A stretch of DNA of 64,000 bases, taken from contig CAWKNT010000007.1 of the NCBI GenBank assembly GCA_963850935.1, forward strand, positions 153,172-217,171, read 5' to 3'. A program made the position numbers and the translations under genes. The notes under the pieces are model-generated. The model did no database searches, was not told where the DNA came from, and saw only the letters and a program-made list of their open reading frames with translations. Source of the DNA: an uncultured Isosphaeraceae bacterium. GTDB taxonomy: Bacteria > Planctomycetota > Planctomycetia > Isosphaerales > Isosphaeraceae. Below, in pieces: positions 9,440 through 20,297 of the stretch (the first letter of the stretch is position 1; each line of letters begins with the position of its first letter).

Positions 9440-9672
9440 TGCCCACGGTCGGGAGGGTGATGTCGGTCGGGTTGCGGCCAATGGCCGCGGCAGATCGTCG
9501 TAGGTGGTCATACCCGCAATTCGCCTCGTAGCAGACCTCGAAGCGCTTAGGCAGGCCTTCGAGGATTCGCATCATCTCGTCGATGGTACGGGCCAGGGCG
9601 CGACGGATCACTTGCCCTGTCTCGCTCAGACACACGCCGCGTCCGACGGCACCGAAGCCGATTATTCGAGGT
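9440..9672 (-). pseudogene. IS110-family transposase N-terminal fragment
   Basis: The minus-strand frame (extended above ORF 9312..9635) reads RIIGFGAVGRGVCLSETGQVIRRALARTIDEMMRILEGLPKRFEVCYEANCGYDHLRR. This follows the IS110 N-terminal pattern (GIDxxK...GkvvxRRxvxR...mEAcxGahxwxR). It is truncated by the resolvase remnant. Confidence 0.4.
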
Positions 9673-9766
9673 TATGTCGGTCGATGTGACCACAGCGCCT
9701 TGGACCGTGCGCGTCCCAGCGGATTGGGCTGCAGAGGATAAGGACGTCGCTCTCGTCGATGGCTTC

Positions 9767-10186
9767 TCACACGCGCGGCTGGCTCGCGCGCTGGATCGCC
9801 GCCACGACCATTCGGTCGCCCGGGTCCGTCAATTCGGCGCTAGGGTCCATGATCGGACGAACCTCCACGCTGGTCAGCCGGGCCGGAAATTTCGAGACCA
9901 GCTCGAGCGCCTCGTCGAGGTCCCTGGCCTCAATAATCGTCATCCCGCCCAGGCCCTCCTTGGTCTCGGCGAAAGGGCCGTCGGTAATGCACACTCGGCC
10001 GTTCCGATTGCGTACGGTCCTGGCCGTCCCAACGGATTGAAGGCCCGCAGTAAATACGTGATGTCCTCCCTTCCTCATCGCCTCATTCCAGGCGGCGGCA
10101 CCCTGGCACTCTTCCACAATCGCGGCCAGCTCTGCCTCCGAAATAGCTTCCTTTTGCTCGTGGTAAACAAGGCAAGCGAATTTCAT
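9767..10186 (-). CDS. YciI-like (YCII-related domain) protein
   Basis: MKFACLVYHEQKEAISEAELAAIVEE...; size (139 aa) and N-terminal pattern are typical of the YCII/DGPF family. Confidence 0.6.
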   Translation of the reverse strand: MKFACLVYHEQKEAISEAELAAIVEECQGAAAWNEAMRKGGHHVFTAGLQSVGTARTVRNRNGRVCITDGPFAETKEGLGGMTIIEARDLDEALELVSKFPARLTSVEVRPIMDPSAELTDPGDRMVVAAIQRASQPRV

Positions 10187-10834
10187 GAGTTTCTCCGAAC
10201 CTGGGTTATTGAACGGTCGCTGTCATTGGCTGGCACGGCCCATGATCGACGATCGCTCATCGCCCTGGGTCGACCTCCATCAATTAGTCGAACGGGTGTC
10301 CCGGGATCGACACTCTTCCCAGAATATTCTTGAGCGATGGACCAACAACAACATTGTAACCGCGGGCATTGCCGGTGAACTGCAGCTGCTGGTTAGACCG
10401 CCCCGGAATCCAGGATTTGGGTTGGAGAGCAGCAACTGGCTGCTACTTGACCGCTGCGTTGGTACGCGTCCACTGAGCAATGGGTCGGCCATCACGCCGC
10501 CACCACGACCCAGCCTGGTCCTGTGGCCATCCGGCGGGTGAGTCCTCCCACGTCACCTGCCGGCCGAACGGAGTATGCTTCGTTGTGCTTCAACTCGGGT
10601 CCGCCATTGAGGCCGATGCAGGGGATACCCATTACGGCTGCTTCATTATACATCGCATCGCTTTCGGGATGAGTGCAAAATCAGGATCGACGGGAACGGA
10701 TTCATCTGAAGCGAACGCCCTCGGCCGACAGCCCATGATTCGGAGCCGACGGCCCGTGGCCTGCTCGGCGCAACAAGCGGGCGGTTTCGATCCCACACGG
10801 ACAGGCTTGCACTCTTCTTCGGACCCACGCTTGT

Positions 10835-13800
10835 TTACTTGGTGCTCGGCAGCTTCGGTTTTGCCAGCAGTTCTTCCGCTTCGCGCAGGAAGCCCTGAGC
10901 CTGCGATCGTTGCGTCGCGCGCGGATCCTTCATCCGCTCCCGTAAGCGCTGAAGCTCGGCCTCTGCTTCCTTGGCGTGGCCGAGTTGCTGGTGCGCCATG
11001 GCGAGGAAGGCGAGATCCATGGGATGAGAGCCTTTGTCTCGGATTGCGTGGATCTTGTCCGCGCGCGAGCACGTCCAGCGCTTTCTCATAGTTGCCTACG
11101 CGGTAATAGGCCATGCCTAGCGTATTCAAAAAGTCGCCATCCTCGGGTTTAAGCTGACAGGCTTCCTCGATGTAAGGCAGGGCCTTGCGATAGCCAGAGA
11201 TTTCGCCGCCAGGCAGCTTTACCAGTCCCCAGGCCAACTCATTGAGTTGGTATGGATCTTCGGGATACGTCTGGGCGACAGCGAGGACTTCCTGCCTGCG
11301 GGACGGGCTCATGCCGGGCAGTGTTCGCAACCGTTCCAGGACGTCGACACGCAGGGTCATCTGTCCGAAAAGATCGGCCAACATTTGATTGGTTGCCCGA
11401 TGGTCCCGCATTTCGGGCGAGACGCTCGTCGTCTCCCATAGATGGATAGAGCCTTCATCGTTCGCCGAGACGATGCGCTGGCCATCCGGGCTGAACGCTA
11501 CGCTCATGACCGCACCGGCATGGCCCTTGAGGGCGAACAGCTCCTTGCCGGTCGCGCTGTCCCAGATCTTCACCGTCTGGTCCTGGCTCGCGGACGCCAG
11601 GCGCTGGCCGTCCGGGCTGAACGCCACGCTCGTGACCCCACCGGCATGGCCCGTGAGGGGGAACAGCTCCTTGCCGGTCGCGCTGTCCCAGATCTTCACC
11701 GTCTGGTCTTCGCTCCCCGACGCCAGGCGCTGGCCATCCGGGCTGAACGCCACGCACGTGACCCAACCGACATGGCCCGTGAGGGGGAACAGCTCCTTGC
11801 CGGTCGCGCAATCCCAGATCTTCACCGTCTTGTCAACGCTTCCCGACGCCAGGCGCTGGCCATCCGGGCTGAACGCCACTTCAAGAACCGCGCCGGCATG
11901 GCCCTTGAGGGCGAACCGCTCATTGCCGGTCGCGATGTCCCAGATTCTCACCGTCTGGTCCCACGCCCCCGACGCCAGGCGCTGGCCGTCCGGGCTAAAC
12001 GCCGCGCTCATGACATCAGAGTCGTGGCCCCTGAGGGCGAACAGCTCCTTGCCGGTCGCGCAATCCCAGATCTTCACGGTCCGGTCATGGCTCGCCGACG
12101 CCAGGCGCTGGCCGTCCGGACTGAACGCGGCGCTCGCGACCCAACGTGCATGGCCTTTGAGGGCGAAGAGCTCCTTGCCGGTGGCGCTATCCCAGATCTT
12201 CACCGTCTGATCTGTGCTCCCGGAAGCGACGCGCTGGCCATCCGGGCTGAACGCCACGCTCATTACCAAACCGGCATGCCCTGCGAGGGTCAGTTCATCG
12301 GCATGGCACAAGCGGGTCAGGTAGAACGACTCGAACCCCGCAGGTTTCTGCCAGCCGCCTCCGTGGGTACCTCTGCGAGCAATTCGCGGGCGCGGACGAC
12401 ATTGTTCTCTTCCCACGCACGCTGGGCCAGCCCCATCCCGGAAGCATACGCGGTGAGACGAGCCTCGTCGCGCTGTCTGTCTGCCTCGGTCTTTGCTTCC
12501 AAGGCTTGCTGTTTCGCCACCTCCGCGGCGAGTCGCTGCTGGTTCGCATCGAGCTCGGATTGCTTGGCAATCCGCTCAGCCGACGTGGCCCACACGGCCA
12601 GCAACGTGCTCATCACCACACCGACGACCAACAGGACCGCAAACGCCGCCGTCGTCGCGAGTGCCGTCTTGTACTTGCGGGCAAATTTGCGCAGCCGATA
12701 GCTTGAGCTCGGCGGACATGCCTCCACGGGCTCGTCCGCCAGGTAACGCTCCAGATCGCGGGCCACGCCGTTGGCCGTCTCGTAACGCCGCGACCGGTCC
12801 TTTTCCAGGCACTTCATCACGATCCAGTCGATCTCGCCGCGGACCAGCTTCGACAACCGTGCCGGCTCGGTCTTGCGTGCGGCCGCGATCTTCGGCAGGT
12901 CATTGGAGCTGCTCAGCCTGAGGCTCGGCCGCGGCGGTTCCTCCTCCCTGATCAGCCGCACCATCTCGTCGAGTGCCGCCTCGCGCAGCCGGATGCGCTC
13001 CAGCGGCGTCGTCCCGGTTAAGCAGCTCGTAGAGCAACACGCCCAGCGAGTAGATGTCGCTGCGCGTGTCCACGCCGAAGGCGTTCATCTCCGCCTGCTC
13101 GGGGCTCATGTATTCGAAGGTGCCGACCAGGGCGCCGTACTGGGTGAACATCGTCTTTTCCGTGAGCCGTTGCTCGATCGCCTTGGCCACGCCGAAATCG
13201 ATCACCTTGGGCACCGGCTTGTCGTCGTACATGGTCACCAGCACGTTGGACGGCTTGACGTCGCGATGGATGATGCCCTTCTGGTGGGCATGCTGGATCG
13301 CCTGGCAGACGGGGACGAACAGCTCCAGCCGCTCGCGGGGCGTCAGCTTGTTGTCGTCGCAGAACCGCGTGATCGGCACGCCGTGGACCAGCTCCATGAC
13401 GAAGTAGGGCCGGCCGCTTTCGGTGGTGCCGGCGTCGAGGACGCGGGCGATATTCTGGTGGTCCATCATCGCCAGGGCCTGGCGTTCGGCCTCGAAGCGG
13501 GCGATGACCTGGTGGCTGTCCATGCCGGGCTTGATGATCTTGAGCGCGACCTTGCGGCGGACCGGCTCCTGCTGCTCGGCCATGTAAACGACGCCCATGC
13601 CCCCTTCGCCGATCTGCTGGAGCAGCTTGTACGGGCCGATGACCGTGCCGGGGCGCTCCGTGATCGACGGTTCACCGGACGTGCTGCCCGCTTCGATCGC
13701 TGGTGCCGCCGGCTGCTTCATGAAGTTGCCGGCTTTGTCGATCGCCTCCAGCAGGCTGTCGACCTCCGATCGCAGGTCGGCGTTGTCGCCGCAAGCCTCG

Positions 13801-13913
13801 TTCAAGTAAGCGGCTCGTTCACCGGGAGATTCGATCTCCAGGACTCGACCGAAGACACTTCGCACGTTGGGAGTGGAGTGATTCACGGGAAAGTTACCTC
13901 CGGCCCGATGCAC
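10835..13913 (-). CDS. Ser/Thr protein kinase - TM - coiled coil - WD40 repeats - C-terminal TPR; at least 3 apparent frameshifts
   Basis: ORF 12900..13913 is the kinase domain ([42 protein letters not shown]). ORF 12317..12964 continues after a 1-nt shift at YELL|TGTTP ([12 protein letters not shown], coiled coil). ORF 10632..12416 holds about 9 WD40 repeats ([31 protein letters not shown]). ORF 10835..11089 supplies the TPR C-terminus in another frame. Confidence 0.8.
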
Positions 13914-14209
13914 GTCGGACCATCTGCACGGGTCGCCTCGGGCGGATCATGCGCCGCACGTTCTCTACCCTTTAATGCGACGCCGCCGCAAGGCGACTGC
14001 CAAAAAAATATGAGGCGTCGGTCGACGAAGTCAGTCGGCGGCTAAATGCCCTTGCACGATTCTGGGAGGGCGAGCCTGGGCTGATGAAAACCGGGCGAAA
14101 TTCTCGCGTTTCTGACTTGGGCTGATTCTTCGAATCGGTTGCGCTCTCATGCAGAAGCTGCCGCTCATTCGACATGAGGAAGGCAGGAAAGCAGGAATCG
14201 CCTCACGAA

Positions 14210-14365
14210 GCAATGACTCGCTTGGGTTCGGGCGTTGTCTTGGCGAAGTTCAGTAGTAAACCGTGCTGCCTACCCACGGCCTTCAGTTGCGAGCGAACCA
14301 CCGCAAAGTGGATGTCGTCGACGTTCTTGATCGCCTTGAGATCCACGACAATCGTATCTGATTCG
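14210..14365 (-). pseudogene. GxxExxY-family protein C-terminal remnant
   Basis: The minus-strand frame reads ...DTIVVDLKAIKNVDDIHFAVVRSQLKAVGRQHGLLLNFAKTTPEPKRVIAS*, matching the GxxExxY C-terminal consensus (vivELKAv...aQllnYLk.tg..lGLLiNFg...l.kRiv). The N-terminal half is interrupted by stops. It lies in the 700-bp gap between the sigma and kinase genes. Confidence 0.4.
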
Positions 14366-14630
14366 CTCGGTCAAGGCTTCGTGTTCCAACGCCAACTTTC
14401 TTTCCTCCTGCTTTCCTGGTTTCCTTATCTAACTTCATGAATCGTCTCAGCCTGCACGGGCTCGAGGACTCATCTCGACTGTTGAGTTGTCCGCTTTCCC
14501 TCCGTCCGCGGCTCCAATGAATCGAAATCACTCTGAGCTTCAGGACGAACAACTCGCGCAACAAATTTGGCGGGAATCACGAGACGCTGCCGGGCCAACT
14601 TTTCATCACCCCAGCCTCGCCCTCCCGGAA

Positions 14631-15209
14631 TCACGTTAGGCCGTTTAGGGAGTTGTCCTTCGTCAGGCGCCGATAGAGCCAGGCCCGAGCGTAAGACCAG
14701 CTCCGATAGGCGGTTCGTGGGGAAAGCCCGAGTACCTCAGCGGCTTGCTCGATCGTCAGTCCGGCGAAATAATGCAGCTTGACCAGCTCCGCCGTTTGCG
14801 AGTCTTGGCCGGCCAGTTCTTGCAGGGCAAGATCGACGGCCAGCACGTCTTCCGCTGGCTCCTGGATCACCGGGATTTCGTCGTCCAGCTCAACACGCCG
14901 TACACCACCTCCGTGCTTGATTCGCCGCTTGCGCCGCGCATTTTCGATCAGGATCCGGCGCATGGCCTCGGCCGCCGCCACAAAGAAATGCCCGCGGCTA
15001 TCCCAGTGCCGGGCTTTTTCCGTGTTCACCAACCGCACGTACGCCTCGTGGACCAGTGCCGTGGCCTGGAGCGTCTGGCCAGGTTTTTCATGAGCCATTT
15101 TTTCGAGTGCGAGCCGCCGCAATTCCTCATAGACCAGCGGCAACAATTGCTCGGCGGCATGTTGGTCGCCGTGCTCGATGGCACCCAGGATTCGCGTGAC
15201 CTCGCTCAT
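14631..15209 (-). CDS. ECF-type RNA polymerase sigma factor (STK-associated subgroup)
   Basis: MSEVTRILGAIEHGDQHAAEQLLPLVYEELRRLA...ELVKLHYFAGLTIEQAAEVLGLSPRTAYRSWSYARAWL; sigma-70 regions 2 and 4. Directly downstream of the STK-WD40 gene, as in Planctomycete ECF/STK pairs. Confidence 0.8.
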   Translation of the reverse strand: MSEVTRILGAIEHGDQHAAEQLLPLVYEELRRLALEKMAHEKPGQTLQATALVHEAYVRLVNTEKARHWDSRGHFFVAAAEAMRRILIENARRKRRIKHGGGVRRVELDDEIPVIQEPAEDVLAVDLALQELAGQDSQTAELVKLHYFAGLTIEQAAEVLGLSPRTAYRSWSYARAWLYRRLTKDNSLNGLT

Positions 15210-15287
15210 GACGTACAGGATAGCGGCCGGGGGGATGACGGGCAAATCCGGGCCGTCGAGTCTGTGCAGAGCAGCATTACACGCGCA

Positions 15288-18200
15288 CTACTCCGGCAGC
15301 GGCGTGGCGTCCCAGATCCGCACGGTCATGTCCATGGAGGCGCTAATCAAGCGGTGCCCATCGGGGCTGAACGAAAGACCCGACACAACCTTGTCGTGTC
15401 CCTTCAGTGTCAGGGTTTCCTGCCCCGTCGTGAGGTCCCAGAGTTTCACGGTCCCACCAAAAGAGGTGGTCGTGGCCAGGCGGCTGCCATCGGGGCTGAA
15501 TTCAATCCTGTGGGCTAGGCTCTTTAGAGGGGGCGAGACCTCGCGGCCGCTGGCCGCATCGAGTATACGCACCTCGCCCCCGGAGCATGGTGCGGCCAGC
15601 CGCTTTCCATCTTGGCTGAAGCTCAGAAATCGGATAGACCCCTTCTGGAGTTTGGTGTTCCATAGCTCTTGGCCCGTGGCAAGATCCCAGGTCTTTACCA
15701 CCCCGCTGTTCTCGGTCGCTGCCAGGCGAGCATTGTCTGGGCTGAATCGGAACGACGAAAGATTGTCGAGTACGGGGAACGTGCGGAATTCGGCGCCCTT
15801 GTCCACGTCCCACACCTTCAGTCCCCCTCCCGGGCCCTTGCAAGCGAACCATTTTCCATCCGGGCTAAGCGCTGTGGCCAACGAACCTTCTGGGCCATCG
15901 TGTTTGAATGCGCGAACCATTTTGCCGGAGGACACATTCCAGGTCGTGACGTTCTTGCCATCGTCGGTAAGTACCAGATGCTTCCCATCGGCCGTGAAGT
16001 CATAGTTCACGGCCTTGTGCTGGAGTTTGATAGGCTCGCCCAACGGTTCGCCGGTCTCGGCGTTCCACAGGTGAATGGTGCTCTCATATCTGCCACGCAG
16101 GGCGATACGTCCATCGGGGGAAAGCTCGATATAAGCGAGTTGTTGCCCCATCTCGGGTGTCGGGATGACATCGCGGTCGCTGTTCACGTCCCACACTTTT
16201 CGCGCGTCCGTCCAACCCCGCGGAGGCGATGCGTGTGCCATCGGGACTGAAGGCAAGATCCATGACGAAACCATCGTGCCCCTTGAACGTGCGGATTCGC
16301 TGACCAGTTTTGGCGTCCCATAGCTCCAGACCAGAATAGTACCCCGCTGCCGCCAGTCGTTGCCCATCCGGACTGAACTTGAGCTTGTCGCGATAGCCTC
16401 CGTCTCCCGGACAAATCTTGACGAGTTCGCCGGTGCCGGCATCCAGGATTTGCACGTCACTGGTTCGGCCTGCCACAACCAAACGTCTGTCGTCCGGGCT
16501 GAAGGCCATGGACGTGACTGGATATTTCATGTCCTTCACAAAAAGCTCGCGACTGGAGAATGCATCCCGTACCGTCAGCACAGACTCGGCAGCATTAAAG
16601 GCCACGCGCTTCCCATCAGAACTGAAAGCCAGACTCCCAAAGCGATAAAGCTTATCGATGGACACGATGGCCTTGCGGGTATCCAGGTCCCAGATTTTTA
16701 TCTTTGCTGAATTATAATTAAATCTTATTGTGTTGGAGTCCATCGCCCGAGATGCCAGGTGCTTGCCGTCAGGGCTGAAAACAAGCTGCCAGATCTGGTC
16801 GCCCGTGTGCCTTTCCAATGTAGCGACGAGCGCGCCTGTTCCGATGTTCCAGAGCCGGATCCTCATGTCGAAGCAGCCCGCGGCCAGAAGTTGGCCATCA
16901 GGGCTCAGGGCGCCCGTCATGGAAACTTTGCCTGTCGCACCCTCGAGCCAAAGGGGCAGCGGAGTCAGGGTCGCTGCATCCCAGAGCTTGATTTCACCGG
17001 GTGCCGTGAAGGCTCCTTCTCTCTCCGTTGTCCCGATGCTGACAAGCCGTTTGCCGTCTGGCGTCCAGGCCACCGTCGTCGCAAGCCCAACGTGGGCGTT
17101 CACGGTGCGCAGGTGGCGGTGCTGGAGCCTGCGAAGGTAATGCCATTCAAAGCCGCGTAAGTCCGGCTCGCCGGGCTTGGGCCGCTGACGCTCCAGCAAT
17201 TCCCTCGCGAGGGTCACGTTGTTTTCATCCCAGGCGTGTCGTGCCAGATTCATGTCGGTGATATAGTTCAAGCGGCGGAGCTTTTCATTGAGGGCGACGA
17301 GTTCGTCACGGCGTTTCTCGGCCCGATCCTTGGCGCCGTCGGCCTCGCGCCTCTGCTCTCGGGCGTCCTGCTCGCTCGACCGGGCGGCCGCCTCGGACGC
17401 CGCCGCCTGTTCCGCCCTAAGCCGAGCGATCTGCTCGGCCTGCGTCGCCCGCACGGCCTGCCAGATGCTCACGCCCGATCCCACAAAGAGCGCGGCCGCC
17501 ACCACCGCGGCTGTCGTCAATGCCACCTTGTTCCGCCGGGCCATCTTGCGGAAGCGATACAACGTTGACGGCGGCCGGGCCTCGATCGGTTCCTCGGCCA
17601 GAAACCGGCGGACGTCGGCGGCAAAGGCGCTGGCCGTATCGTAGCGCCGATTGCGGTCCTTCTCGAGCGCTTTCATGACGATCCAGTCGAGATCGCCCTT
17701 CACCAGCGCCGACAACTGCGCCGGCTCGGTTTTGCGCTGACTGGAAACCTTCGAGAGAGACTCGCCCATCGTGCTTAAGCGCGTGCTTGGCCTGGGCGGC
17801 TCCTCTTCCTTGATGATGCGGCGAATCTCGTCATAGGCCGCCGTCGCGAACCGGTTGCGGTCGAACGGCGTCGTCCCGGTCAGCAACTCGTAAAGGAGCA
17901 CGCCGAGGCTGTAGACATCGCTGCGAATATCCACGTCAAGCGCGTTGAGTTCAGCCTGCTCCGGGCTCATGTAGAGCGGAGTGCCGATCATTTGCGTGAA
18001 CCGGGTGTAGATGGTCTTATCGGTCAACTGCTGGCCGGTCGCCTTGGCGACGCCGAAGTCGATCACCTTGACCACCGGAACGCCGTCGTGCGGGGCGACC
18101 AGGATGTTCGACGGCTTCAAGTCGCGGTGGATGATGCCCTTGCCGTGGGCATGCTGGACCGCCTGGCAGACGGCCAGAAACAGATCCAGCCGCTCGCGTG

Positions 18201-18720
18201 CCGTGAGCTGCTGCTGGTCGCAGTAATCAATGACGGGGATGCCTTAGACCAGTTCCATCACGAAGAAGGGGCGACCGCTGTCTGTCGTGCCGGCGTCAAG
18301 AACCCTGGCGATATTGGGGTGGTCCATCAATGCCAGGGCCTGGCGTTCGGCCTCGAACCGAGCGATGACGTCGCGGGTGTCCATGCCCGGCTTGATGATC
18401 TTGAGCGCGACCTTGCGGCGAACCGGGTGTTGCTGCTCGGCGACGAAAACCAGGCCCATCCCACCCTGGCCGATCTGCTCCATGAGCTTGTAAGGGCCGA
18501 TGACCGTGCCGGGTCGTTCGGGGATCGGCTCGAAATCCTCAGTCGCATCGGATTGGGATGAAAGATCCCCAAGAAAGCTGCCCGAGGCGTCATGGGCACG
18601 CAGCAGTGATTCGATTTCGTGGCGCAGCTCTCCATCGGAGGCGCAGGCCTGGTCGAGGAACGCCGCGCGACGCTCTGGAGACAATTTGACGGCGGCCTTG
18701 AAGATTGCAGAGTCGGACAT
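15288..18720 (-). CDS. Ser/Thr protein kinase - TM - coiled coil - WD40 repeats; one in-frame TAA in the kinase domain and one apparent frameshift
   Basis: ORF 18244..18720 is the kinase N-lobe (GPYKLMEQIGQGGMGLVFVAEQ...FFVMELV). Its stop (TAA, complement of 18244-18246) is followed in the same frame by GIPVIDYCDQ...HRDLKPSNILVAPHDG...DFGVAK... (ORF 16084..18120). The WD40 region continues in ORF 15288..16478 after a shift near 16200. The gene is paralogous to 10835..13913. Confidence 0.8.
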
Positions 18721-18793
18721 GGCATTCTCCTCCGGCTGAATGGTCTCTCATCATCCAATGCGAGAACGGAGAGCAAAAGCCCGGTGCCTTTAT

Positions 18794-19387
18794 TCAGTCC
18801 GGCGAATTGTTTTCCTCGTCCCGGCGCCATTGCCGGCGCAGCCAGGCCTTGGCGTAGGTCCAATCCTCTTCGGCGGTCGCCGGGGCGATACCCAGAATCT
18901 GGGCCGCCTCGGCCACGGTGCAACCGAGAAAGTAGCGGAGCTTGACCAGCTCAGCCTTGCGGGGCGACTTCTGCGCCAGCCGATCCAGGGCTTCGTGCAC
19001 GGCAATCACTTCGAGCGGGTCGCGAGGGTTTGCCACGGGGAAATCGTCTGGGTCCGCCTCCCGATGAACCAGGCCGCCCCCGTGTTTGCCGCTCAGTTTG
19101 CTGCGCGCGTTGTCGATCAAGATGCGGCGCATGGCCTCGGCGGCGGCGGCGAAGAAGTGGCCGCGGCTGTCCCAGTGCCGCTCCTCCCCTTTGCCGACCA
19201 AGCGCAGGTATGCCTCGTGCACCAAAGCCGTCGGCTGAAGCGTCTGGCCCGGCGTCTCCTGTGCCATCCTCCGGGCCGCGAGCCGCCGCAGTTCGTCGTA
19301 GACCAGCGGCAAGAGCTGCGCCGCGGCACGGGCGTCACCTTGCCCGATCGCGTCCAGGATTCGGGTCCCCTCATTCATCGACAGCAC
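18794..19387 (-). CDS. ECF-type RNA polymerase sigma factor (STK-associated)
   Basis: MLSMNEGTRILDAIGQGDARAAAQLLPLVYDELRRLAARRMAQE...; a paralog of 14631..15209. It ends 74 nt upstream of the kinase start. Confidence 0.8.
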   Translation of the reverse strand: MLSMNEGTRILDAIGQGDARAAAQLLPLVYDELRRLAARRMAQETPGQTLQPTALVHEAYLRLVGKGEERHWDSRGHFFAAAAEAMRRILIDNARSKLSGKHGGGLVHREADPDDFPVANPRDPLEVIAVHEALDRLAQKSPRKAELVKLRYFLGCTVAEAAQILGIAPATAEEDWTYAKAWLRRQWRRDEENNSPD

Positions 19388-19659
19388 CGGTCGATAGGTG
19401 AATCACAGTGGAAAATGCGTGCCCGGTTCCTTCAGGGAACGGATTTATCCGACCTCTCCGTGCACGTCTTTTGGATGGGCATCCAAGTCGATTTCGCACT
19501 CACGGAGTCAGCCCGCGAGTATACCACCCGCCTGGCCCTAATGCCTCGGGGCGACTAGATTTGAACCGGTAAGCGTATCTTCGCTATGCCGACACCGCCA
19601 AGCCGGTCACGGCCTCCAACATTGAGGAATGACAGCAGCAGCCATGCCGTCTCGAAGAA

Positions 19660-20022
19660 AGTTCGTCGGGTCGTAACCTCACATCAGCTCAACGCCGAGG
19701 AAGCCGCTGAGGCACGCCGCCTGCGCGAGCTCGTTGCGAAGGATAAGGATGAGATCATCGCCGAAGGGCTGCGCGTTCCTGGCCGAAGAGCGCCGGCATC
19801 GGGCCTGCGCTTATGGCGGCGCGACGCTCGGGCAGACGATCCGCGGCGCGCGAAGCCCGGGGATTGACGCAGTCCGACCTCGCCGCCCGCTCCCATGTAG
19901 CGCAGGCGGATCTCTCGTACCTTGAGCAAGACCAGCGCGAACCAAGCCTCTCAATTGCGGCCCGGATCGCTCGTGAGCTTGAGATAAAGCTCGACGATCT
20001 GACCAGCACCGTCATGCGATGA
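19660..20022 (+). CDS. XRE-family HTH transcriptional regulator (frameshifted)
   Basis: ORF 19813..20022 reads EARGLTQSDLAARSHVAQADLSYLEQDQREPSLSIAARIARELEIKLDDL, a Cro/C1-type HTH. The N-terminal part (KDKDEIIAEG...ATLGQTIR) lies in two other frames. Confidence 0.45.
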
Positions 20023-20297
20023 TTCCTCGCCGATGATGCATGCGAGACCTTCCTCATCGAAATGAAATGGGGACTCAGCCCAGACGAGGTCTCGAACATC
20101 GGAAATGAACCGGTCAGACCAAGAATCCGTTGGACCGGAATGGGAATTGCGTAAAAGAACTGCGTTGGCATTGGTGTGTACAGAAATGTTGATGTGCCCC
20201 TCGTCATCTGTATAAGGGTTCCCTATACGTTCTGATGAGGAGCGCACAGCACTGGCTCAAAGACCATCTCAAATCCACGATGGCAGCAGGTGCGAAA

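Noticed and set aside
9674-10333. 219-aa plus-strand ORF
   Set aside because: Antisense to the YciI-like gene. No homology features.
11389-12701. Long plus-strand ORFs (273 and 419 aa) with internally repetitive translation
   Set aside because: They are antisense shadow ORFs of the minus-strand WD40 repeat region (10632..12416). The repetitiveness mirrors the WD40 repeats, and GC-rich DNA keeps antisense frames open.
12873-14045. 390-aa plus-strand ORF
   Set aside because: Antisense to the well-supported kinase domain (12900..13913). Arg/Ala/Gly-rich translation typical of high-GC shadow frames.
14745-19558. Plus-strand ORFs 14745..15518, 15178..16005, 15669..16250, 16730..17160, 17992..18561, 18740..19558
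   Set aside because: All lie antisense to the minus-strand sigma and kinase-WD40 genes, which have clear homology. No motifs of their own.
19951-20247. 98-aa minus-strand ORF convergent with the XRE gene, considered as a toxin partner
   Set aside because: It overlaps the XRE gene 3' end in antisense and has no recognizable toxin motif. Convergent orientation is inconsistent with a TA operon.
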